A stretch of 64,000 nucleotides of DNA from Paramecium tetraurelia (lineage: Eukaryota), in NCBI GenBank assembly GCA_000165425.1, contig CT868241.1, positions 372,001 through 436,000 on the forward strand, written 5' to 3'. The first letter of the stretch is position 1; every line of letters starts with the position of its first letter. The notes under the pieces are model-generated. The model ran no database searches. It was given only the letters and a program-made list of their open reading frames with translations, and was not told where the DNA came from. Positions 54,108 through 64,000 of this stretch are shown one piece after another. A program made the translations under genes and the position numbers.

Positions 54108-55530
54108 TCATAGTTAATCAAAATGCTCTGAAGTTGTTCTCATTAACCCAACTTAAAATTCCCCTATTTCATCTTATTTCTATTGCTAATTGATCAACTC
54201 TTCTGAACTCCCCATTTCCTTAGAATGCCTGTCATATAGGTTGATAATCTGAATTAAATCTTGAGGGACATAATGAACATGAGTATCCCAAATATTCCAA
54301 CTCAATTTCAATGGACTAGACACTTTTTCTTCCTGTATAGGAACAATTAAAGGGTTATTGCTACGAGGTAGGTATTGCTTCTAAATTGATATTTATGATT
54401 ATTGTAAAATTCCATCACTTTTCCTTATATCCTAGATATCGCAATCATCAAAGCTTTTTGTTGACTTTTTTTATTATCTCTTTTGAAGCCAAGGATGCAA
54501 TGAAAAGTCTTTTATATTTTATTATATATAAACCTTCTGCTGACAGTCTTTTCTCCGGATCTTTCTTTAATAGTCTCTTTAATAGATCTTATTCTAGAGG
54601 ATTTAGCTTTTTAAAAGCCGATGTGTTTTTTACATTAATTTCTGAATCTCTTATCATCTCTATTGTATCCAGGACAGTTTCCTATTAAAATGGCAATTAT
54701 CCAACCAATAATTAATACAAAATAATGCCTATTGACCAGATATCAACTAAAATAGATATAATTTTACCTTTCTCATTATAACCACCACCTAGAAACTGTA
54801 TTTCGGGAGCTTAATAAAATAACGAACCAGTCCTTGTCCACATATCGATTTTTTTGGTGACCTTCCCTTTTACGAAAAACCTTTTAGAGACCCCAAAATC
54901 TATTAATTTCAATGTTAAATTATCTCCAATAAGAATATTATCTGGTTTTAAATCTCGATGACAAATTCCTCTTTAATGCAATTCTTTTATGGACTGAGCT
55001 AAATTTAAAGCAATTATTTGAATATCATCTACACTTAATTTTCCCATTCTCTGTTCTAAGCTCAAAAAAGGACAATATTCCATAACCAAGTGGTGTTCTT
55101 CCTTTTTAGAATTTATAAAAAGATCTAGTGCTTTAACTACACAATTCAGATCATTAAGTGTTCTATTTATGTGAAATGTCTCTCTGATCGTATTAATTAT
55201 TTCTGTATCTCCAGTTCTAAAGATCTTAACGGCATAGGTGGTTCTATCCTATATATCTATATTATTTTAATCTCGCTTGTAACATTTCTTTACAATTCCA
55301 TGTGCTCCTTCACCTAATGCTAAATATTCATATAACCGATCTGATGATGGACCATATTCATAAATATCACTAAAATGTCTAAATTGCTAATTTGTGCTTT
55401 TTGGTTGAGAATTTTTCATAGGAGGAGAAGAATTTTAGGGTGGAGGATTTTACTTCAAATTCCTTCTGCTTTTACTGAAAAGCGTATTCTTTAGAGAAGC
55501 TCTAATAGCCATCTGATTTTGCCGATTCAT
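54108..55530 (-). CDS. CAMK-group Ser/Thr protein kinase
   Basis: [51 protein letters not shown]. Confidence 0.92.
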
Positions 55531-55677
55531 TTAAAATATAAAAAAATTAAATATTTTCTTATGAAATCATTGATATCAACTGTTGAAATCAATTTGAAGG
55601 CAAAAAAAATAGATTTTCAGAATATTTCACAATCTCATAATTTTATAATATTAATTTTTCTGAATTTATTTCAATAA

Positions 55678-57121
55678 TCATTCTCTCTAGCCATTTTTTA
55701 ACATTTCTTCGTAATAAATAATATTGCTATAATTTATTTCATTAAAAATTGGTTATATCTTTTATTAATTACAAGTGTTTTTATAATCTTAGAAGGTATT
55801 AAATTCTTTCAAAAATTTATAGACCTCTTGTCTAAAGGTTAACAATGGACAGTTAATGATTTCAACATCGTCGCAATATTAATCAATCCTATATTATTAA
55901 ATTATATCAGAATATTTTTGGGTTATATTTGAAAACCTAGGCATTGGTTATGATTAGTTAAAAACTTAAATATTTTAGATCTATTTCTAATTTAATTAAT
56001 ACCTATTACTCATACTACTGAAATATTTAATTTGAAACTAATTAAGAGGGGATATTATTTTTAATAAATTAATTTTCTATAAGTTCAATGATTTCTTATT
56101 AGAATAAAACTATATATCCCTTCCATAGCATATCTTGATTTGTAAATCCCTTTAGTTACTTCAATATATCCTGACTAAAAAAGCTAATATATTTAGTTAA
56201 AAAACTGGAAATTGCCAGAGATTATTAATTTTTAAGGAATTATTGTAATAAATTTAACAGTTCAACAAAGTCATTTTCTTCATTCTATTAGCTTAATTCT
56301 CTAACATCAGTTGCAAGGCCTTGAATCTCACTTTCAGATACTCTTTAGGAATTTGAATTCATTAAAATTTAATAGAAGAGTAAACTAAATTTTTTCTAAT
56401 TACAATTACATACATAGTCATAAAATAGATTAAATTGTAAAATATAACATGCATTGGTTTTAGGTCCTAAAAATAAATTATGTATGCAAATTTTAAAATC
56501 ATCGAGTTTCATTTATAAATTATTGATTATTTTTAAATATTCTTCCATAAATTTCTTAAAACTAAATACTAAAGTGATTTCCTCTATATCTTTATGGTTT
56601 TATAAAAATCCCAAACCTTAATCCACTATGATGATACAATATTTCTTTAATTCGTATTTAATAATTTAAGGTTATATATCACTATTTATATTTTTAATTT
56701 GATCATATATTTATTTTTTCCTTTCGTATTCGGTTTCATTCAACAAAAAAAAAAGTTTTTACAAAACATTTTGATCTTCTAATATGCCATATGCTTTGGA
56801 AAAATAATCCTCCCCTTTAGCATAAAATTCTTCCACTCTACCTTATCCTCCCTTATGACCTCCCAACAAAAAGTATAAGATGCCACTTAATTAGAATTTT
56901 AAATTTAGTTATTTTTAAATTGGGCAAATATGGCATTGCTCATTCTCATGTATCATTTCTTCGAGATTACAAATGACAGTATGAGGACAGATAAATCCAG
57001 ATTAATAATCTGTAGTCCTCTTATTTATTTTTTTCACGAGTGAAATAAACATACGATATATTTGATCTATCTGTAATGTTTATACCTCATCGAAATCAAT
57101 TAATTTTTGCATTTTTTGCAT
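55678..57121 (-). CDS. hypothetical protein; structure uncertain, possibly degenerate
   Basis: Frame open for about 280 codons (EEFYAKGEDYFSKAYGILE...KYCIIIVDQG...); 5' and 3' exon boundaries not resolved. Confidence 0.4.
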
Positions 57122-57890
57122 TTTTCAATATAAATTAATAGGAAATTTTATATTAAATAATAGAGGAAAATTTATAATCTTTTTGTTGTTTACATTCGTC
57201 TGAAGTGATCATTAAAATTATAAGTTGTTTCCATTTTGAAAACTTTTGAAAATCAAACTAATATCAAATTTTACTTATTCTATCTATATAGATGTATCCT
57301 TTATAGTATATGGTAAATATTTTCTATTAACTTTATTCGAAATGTAAAAGTTTGAATAATAAATTTATAGTGCAATCTATTATAAGTAGAAGTATTCAAT
57401 TTATTTCTTATTGAATATCAAGAAAAAAATTTTTTAAGTCAATTCAAATTGACTTAAAAAATTACTCTTCTTAATTATCCAACCTGTAAAAGAACTCAAG
57501 GAAGATGTTTTTTAAAAATAGAATGGTTTTGAGAATCAATACATTAAAGGATTTTATAAAATATTTATTGTTTATGAAAATGCCTGTTTAGTTATCAGTT
57601 AATAATTATACCTGAAATTAGTTGGTTTGATCGAAATCAAAGCGATCCCAAAGTCTTTTAATTGTACTCTCACAAGGCATTCTCCATGATATAAATTATG
57701 GATAATTTTGAGTTTTAGAATGACAATAAAATATATTGTTATTTATAGTAAAATTTCTACCATCTGCTTGAATCAAAATTTACTAATCAATACATTGATT
57801 TAATTATATTTAGATACAAAATTATTGATAAATTAGAACTCAACTAGTAATCAGGTAGCTAAATTTTTATATGTGATTGTGAATGATATT

Positions 57891-58139
57891 TCAATTTTTT
57901 TTATTCTAGGTATCCTTGATATATTTATTTTTCAAATGTGTTAAGGATACTGATGAACCCTTTGATGCAGCATCGAATACTCTGGTCCAATAATTAGGCT
58001 CATCGTCCTGCTTCATTTCGTTTTTGACTGGAACATAAATTTCTTTATGAAATATTTTGTGAGTTTCGTCATCCACATTGTAGGTTAAATAAAATCCTAC
58101 ACTCATCCCTGCTAATAAATTTAAAATTGAACTTGCCAT
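57891..58139 (-). CDS. 82-aa protein with an N-terminal hydrophobic helix
   Basis: MASSILNLLAGMSVGFYLTYN...IKDTQNKKN*; the track's longer N-terminus is antisense to the neighbouring gene. Confidence 0.7.
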
Positions 58140-58163
58140 TAAAAATAATATATTATAATTAAT

Positions 58164-58537
58164 ATGAGCAATAAAAGATAAAGCAATGCATCTCAATAAT
58201 AACAACAATAAAAAAAACCTAATTTTAATGACTAGCCAACTGTAATTCCAACTAAAGATGATGATAAAAAGAGTATGAATGGTAGTTAAGTAAACGATTC
58301 TCATGATGGGAATTAATAATAATAATAACAATCAAAATTTGATCTTCCTTAAATCCCTAAATTTTAGAGTCTACCTTTAAGAGATTATTTTGATAATAAA
58401 TTAAGTGCTATACTGTTGGAAGGATTGAAGGAAATAGGAAGATAGAGGTAATATTTTTGAATTATGTAATATATAGACCTGAAAATCCAATTAGGTTTTT
58501 GGGAGAATATTTACTCGAGCAGGATAAATAAAAATGA
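58164..58537 (+). CDS. DPY-30 motif protein
   Basis: SLPLRDYFDNKLSAILLEGLKEIGRQRPENPIRFLGEYLL; one 29-nt intron. Confidence 0.88.
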
Positions 58538-58589
58538 ATATTTATTAGAACAATGACTTTAAAATAATATAAAAAATATATTTGTGTTT

Positions 58590-59494
58590 TCACTTTTTTT
58601 TGCTTGTTTTTTTATTATCTTACTTCTATTATTCTTTAGGTTATTCTTTATTGACTTCATTTACTTTATTTTATTACTATTACTATTCTTGCGGCTTTTA
58701 TTATTCTGATTATTTTTATGATTATTAATCTTGTTGTTTCTATTATTATTCTTATTATTTTTATTAGTCCTTTTATTCTTCTAATTTTAATTCTTTTAAT
58801 ATAGATTGTTCATTCTAAATTTGTTGTTTCTTGGTATCTTTTTTTTAATTCTAAACTGCTCCCTTTTTATTAGTATTTTATTATTATTATTATTATTATT
58901 GTTGTTGCTGTTGTTGTTGTTGATTTTATTATTACTGTTAAGCATTCTGTTCCGACTCTTATTTCTATACTTTAACTTCTTATTTCGGGGGCGATGACTA
59001 TGGGTCTTATTTGTTTTTTTATCCTTTTGGTGGAGACTAATCAACTTTCTCAATTTATTAGTTTTTCAAATCCAAACTCTATTTATCTATACTCTGTCTT
59101 TGAACTGGCTCTTAAGAGATAGATTGATGATTTAATTCTCTCCTCTTTTATTCCTCTCTAAATGCCAATTCGTACTTTGAAATTTCTTCTTAATTCTTTT
59201 GTTCTTTGTCCTACATCTTTTTCACAAATTTTTCTTTTATGAATTTTAAATATACCATGTGCCTCTTTAGCTGCCTGCTGAGCTTTATTTTATATATTCT
59301 AATTTTTCAATTTTTTCTCATATTTCAAGATTGTCTGAGCAGAAAATTCGTAAACATTCCCAGTAGGCAAACCCTTCTTACATAGTTGCCTAAGCAAGTC
59401 TAAGTAATAAGAATATCTTACATTCATATGCTTCTTGCAAACCTGAAGCTTGGATTACATTTTATTATTTCTCATTTTGTAATTATTTAGACAT
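58590..59494 (-). CDS. Q/K/E-rich protein with N-terminal D/D (RIIa/DPY-30-like) segment
   Basis: SGLQEAYEYLLRQLCKKGLPTGNVYEFSAQTILKYEK, followed by coiled coil and a polyQ tail; two introns. Confidence 0.7.
58876..58922 (-). repeat. (TAA/CAA)n polyglutamine tract
   Basis: tta/ttg triplet run within the 58590-59494 gene. Confidence 0.8.
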
Positions 59495-60523
59495 CTTATT
59501 ATTATTTAATATAACAAATTTTATTTTGAAATTATTTAATAAAACAATTAGCCACAGATGATTATTACCCTTTTACGAAAAAAGGGTATTATGAAATTCT
59601 AAAAAATGAAGAAATGAAATAAAAGAAATGACAACTGAAAATCAAAGTTTATTGCCACAAGAAAGCTAAATATATTTTTTTCTTACTTTTAGTCTCTTAC
59701 AGTACATTAAATAGTTTTTCCCATCTTTAAACTCCTTAATTTTATTCATTCTTATATTCAACTGCTGCTCAAAAGTTTTTTCAGCTAAATTTCTAAACTG
59801 AATATATGTAGTATTTTAATTATATATTCTATTTTTAAATCAAAAATTAATTCCATGTTATAAAGATTTAATTTACACTAATTTATGAATAGTCAATAAT
59901 TTCCTTTTGATTTATGCTCTTTTGTTTTTCTCTGAGGGATGCATTTTATTAATTTTAAATGAAGAAGATGGAATCTTTACAAAAATAAAATTCGTTCTTA
60001 GAAATTCCAAGGAAAATATTACAGGAAGTTTTAATTTCTTAAATTTCAGCAAACAGAAACTAAATTAGATATATGGCAAATAGATATTCATTCTTGACAG
60101 CTTCTTCTTACAAGTTGTGGTAGAATATCATATTTCATATGGTGAATACAATTATGAATATATTAAGTATATATGATTTTAGATTATTATATAACTATCA
60201 TTCTAATATTAATGATAGCATTGAAGTTTCAAAGCCATATAAAATCATCCCTCCATGATCTTTTAAGTATTCGTTTGTCTTCAAAATTCTCTATTATAGT
60301 TTTCGAATGTAGAGATTAAATGATGACAATATTATTTAAAGAAGACCTTGTTTTGCAATGCTCTGAAGGTTCTTCTTCTACACTATCATCAAGGGATTAT
60401 TTTTTTAATCCACTCAAAGGATTCGAAAAGTAGTACTTTTAGTAAATAGCAAGTCGATTCATAAATATTAATTAATTAGTCTATAGAATCAAATTGGAAA
60501 ATTTAAATACTCAGGGTAATTAT

Positions 60524-61235
60524 ATGAACTTATAATTTGTTGCTAAAGGAAAATATTAATAATTAGAATTTCATTCAAAGTATTTGAATAGCAATCAATT
60601 AAATTACTGATTGAATAATTTATTAAAAAATACTATAAAATCAATAATTTTAAGTTAAATTTGTAACATCTCTTTTGAATCTAAAGCATTTAGTCCATTA
60701 AATATTTTAGGGATGATTCGTCAGTAAAATAGCCATGGCAAGTCTTTTTAAAGAGATTTAAGCATTAACCTAATATTTTTATTAAATTACAAGCTTAGTA
60801 AATTTTGGATTGAAATCTATTGATAAAGGTAAATTATGAGGATATTGCAAAAGCAATCATTCTTACCATATTTTTATTATTCATACCTAATTACTTTAAA
60901 TTTATAAATTAGAGATTGTCAGTCTCTTTAAAAGTACATTGATTTTAAAAATAAAGAGAATTTCTACCTACCTAGTGAAGGCTTACAAAAATATGATTGT
61001 GAAAAATATTTAAAAAACGAAAATGCTCTCAAATATAGAAAAATGGCAGTGAAGGCTATTTTCCCTATTGCTAATAAAAGAGGGAGTGCTTTGATTTTCA
61101 GTCAAATTGGTATGTAAGATTTAGAGAGCAGAAAATGTTTTTGAAAAAGTTTATGTGGGTAAAAGGGATGGCAAGAAAGAGGATTTAAAAAGTGATTTAA
61201 TTGATTTGGTAAGAACAGATCTTTAAATCTGTTGA
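60524..61235 (+). CDS. hypothetical or degenerate gene
   Basis: 3' exons read cleanly (NFYLPSEGLQKYDCEKYLKNENALKYRKMAVKAIFP...DLVRTDLQIC*) with GT..AG introns; the 5' part is not resolved. Confidence 0.35.
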
Positions 61236-61618
61236 AGCAAATAAATTATAATAAAAGGTAATTTATTCTTATTAAATTTTCTAGTTACTTTAGCAATACC
61301 AGTTTATTTTGCTTAATCAAGAAGATAGGTCTAATTCTCAAAGTTTACTTAAGAGCTCAAGAATATTAGCCATAGGATTCTTTAGGGAATAGCAATTAAA
61401 ATTAAGTTGAATAATGAAAATTCATATCAAATAAAATTCAAAACATTATGTCTTTGAAAAATATTGTTATCATTAATCCAAAAAAGGCAACATTATCAAA
61501 TATTTTTAATATCACTATTCCTTATTCTAAAAGTGTGTTGCTTAATCGCTATCATTTATTATTCATCAGATGGCAAATAATTTTTTGAGAATATGAATCA
61601 AAACAATTTATAATTATT

Positions 61619-63090
61619 ATGATAGTAGAGAATGTTAAAAAAAACAAATTCTCTTTCTCTAGAAAGAGTGAATCAGAATAATAATGCAAACTAGATTAGT
61701 TCAAGAATAAACTCTAAGGTAAGCTATTTTTCTATGTGTAGGGGATGTACTCCAATTTCTCAAGAATACAAAACCAGATGATTAATCATTACAATCATTT
61801 TTGTAAAGGATGGGGATAAATTTGGAAGTTGATGAAGAGAAGTATATTTTGGATATAAAAGAATACCATAATAACTATATAGAAGGAGATATTTTAGGAG
61901 AAGGTTGTATAGGGTTAGTAAAGAGTGTGAAAAGAAAGAGTGATAATTTTGAATTCGCTTGTAAAACAGTGAAAACTGATTCAGAAGAAATTGTAAAGAA
62001 GGTAAAAGTTGAAAATAAATCGAAAGATGATATTGGAGTTTAAAAACCTTAAGAGATTGAATCATCCCCATATAGTGTCAATGAAAGAGATTTATATCTA
62101 ATGGAATGAAGGATTCTAATCCACTGGAATGGTATGTGTAATTATGGAGAAAATTGATGGGAGAGAGATGTTTGAGGTTATTTAATAATAAAAACAATAT
62201 AGTGGTATTATTTTAACTAAGAAAGAGACCATTGCTCGTGTACTATTCATATAGATCCTAGAAGCCATCAAATATATGCATGAAAACTATTGTTGCCATC
62301 GAGATTTAAAGCCAAATAACATTTTATGTGCACATGATGGCAAATCTATAAAAATAACTGATTTTAATGTAAATGACTTATTAAACGTAGGTTTCAAAAT
62401 TTAATGATAGTTATAAAGAGTTTGGAGATCTCAATTAACATGGAAAAATTGAAATGTGGACCTATACTGGAACTGTTGCATTCTCAGCACCTGAGATCTT
62501 TTCAGGAAACCTTTATAAGTAACTAAATTTATGTAATTAGTGAATAAGTTGATTTATGGAGTGCAGGTGTCATATTATTTGTAATGCTAAGTGGAGAATT
62601 GCCCTTCAATTCTGAATATCTCAACGATCTAATTGAGTAGATTAGATAGTGTAAATATGAGTTTGGCGGAATCATTTGGGATTAAATCTCTGAATCAGCT
62701 AAGGATCTGATTACTAATCTTCTATAATTGGATCCTGACAAAAGATTCACTCCAGAATAGGCTCTAAATCATCCTTGGATCACTCATGAATAAAGTAATT
62801 CAGATATTCCGAGATATTAATTGCAAATCAATATGGCTCGCATTTTGAGAGTTAAAAATATTAATCAGGAATCAAAGATCAAATAAATATGCTATTTATT
62901 TGGAGCTGGAGATATTTGGAAGAGACATTCTCTAGGTTAAGATACTAATCTAGATTTATATGACAATTTGAAAAAATATCGATCTATAGACATTTCTGAT
63001 AGTTGGAAAAATGCTGAAATCAAAGTGACAAAAGATCAAAGCAAAAAGGGTGTTTATACTATAGATTATCCCTTTACCGATTCTGATTGA
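61619..63090 (+). CDS. CAMK-group Ser/Thr protein kinase
   Basis: LGEGCIGLV, FACK, CHRDLKPNNIL, ITDFNVS (DFN in place of DFG), MWTYTGTVAFSAPE, DLWSAG. Confidence 0.92.
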
Positions 63091-63359
63091 ATTTAGAAAA
63101 ATTATTAATTTAATAATTTCTTAATTAATTTTATACAAATATTCTTATATAATTCTTATTTCTTTTGAATATTCTTCTACTCAATTTTTATCTATTAATA
63201 ATATTCAAAGTTTCAAGTTTAATTAATTAGGAGGATTTAAATGCTCTTGAGTTTTAATCGATAAAAAAATTATAATTTATATATAATGCTGAATCATTAA
63301 TTTAATGTAAACAAAATTTATCTAAGTTTATATAATAATCATAAAACTCTTATTGGGTT

Positions 63360-64000
63360 TCATTAAAAACCTTTTATATCTGATTTCTCTTATATCTCTT
63401 TTAATTCAATCTAATCTTGGTCATTTTGAGGGTCGTTTAAAAGTGAATCTTTGACTTCATTTGACTAATTGCCATTCATCACAGATTGCACAATTTCATC
63501 ATAAGTGATAATCTTCTATCCCCATTATTTGTATTAGTAGTAGATACCAGAGCAGGCTAAAATTATAATGCCAGTAAAATAAATGTAATATCTATAGTCC
63601 GAATTTCCTGAAATATTCTTAATTTCTGAAGGAAACCCTCCAGCAATCAAACCTATACCCTTAAACACTAAGTATGACTAAATAACATTTATATGTATAC
63701 TCCTAAAAAACTAGTACTAAAAATGATTAGATGATCGAATAATCTAAACGATAGAGCAGTGCACCCAAAACTGAAAACCAACATAATTGAATATAATAAG
63801 TATTAAGAAGTAACAAATTAAACCAATAGAGCATTCCACAACAGTAAAGACAAGACTACTCCAAGTCCAATACCTATTGCAACAATTCCGATTTTGTCTA
63901 AGTGCATAGATAAACCTCCTGCAAATGCTCCGATTAACACAGCGATTATCAACGTTAACCACAAAAAAAATGGATTGTCTCCCAAATCAATTTCACTGGA
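63360..64000 (-). CDS. TMEM198/TM7S3 (DUF4203)-like multi-pass membrane protein, 3' part
   Basis: Gly-rich TM helices LIGAFAGGL, IIFSTSFLGSYLVFKGIGLIAGGFP, CSGIYYQY; runs off the window end. Confidence 0.75.

Noticed and set aside
54386..54688. Track ORFs antisense or off-frame to real genes (also 12176, 12623, 15416, 26929, 35124, 36231, 46592, 49379, 61760, 63744)
   Set aside because: Each overlaps a well-supported gene on the other strand or in another frame
58806..58997. Poly-Leu ORF in the track, and the poly-Asn ORF 58796-59053
   Set aside because: Antisense and off-frame readings of a polyQ (TAA/CAA) tract in the 58590-59494 gene
60700..61235. Faint resemblance to CGI-121/TPRKB
   Set aside because: Similarity too weak and reading frame uncertain
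1..64000. Telomeric repeats, IES or transposon remnants, tRNA/rRNA genes, CRISPR arrays, prokaryotic systems
   Set aside because: No C4A2/C3A3 arrays, transposase motifs, recognisable structured RNA genes or spaced direct repeats seen by eye; small ncRNAs cannot be excluded without a covariance-model search

Overview
Very AT-rich, gene-dense eukaryotic DNA from a ciliate macronuclear chromosome, most likely Paramecium (aurelia-type; inference). Reading frames open only if TAA/TAG are read as Gln and TGA is the sole stop, and genes are split by tiny (~21-29 nt) GT..AG introns, so the supplied standard-code ORF track is fragmentary. About 35 genes were reconstructed by hand. They include a PH + permuted NlpC/P60 protein, a trichocyst matrix protein, a BTB-like protein, a VHS-like coiled-coil protein, a TPR protein, an SDR, BCKDH E1-beta, a Seh1-like WD40 protein, three ~5 kb paralogous TmcB-like PAS/multi-TM proteins and two tandem SK-type K+ channels. 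Further genes are a Med18/CYTH-like protein, an actin-fragmin kinase, a strongly divergent beta-like tubulin lacking the GGGTGSG motif, a NAK kinase, a MORN protein, an SCP/FCP1-type phosphatase, a DUSP, two CAMK-group kinases, a DPY-30 and a second D/D-like protein, and a TMEM198-like protein. Several intergenic stretches look like decaying gene relics. No RNA genes, transposons, telomeric repeats or CRISPR arrays were seen. All annotations come from manual translation and motif recall; no searches were run, and coordinates span introns.
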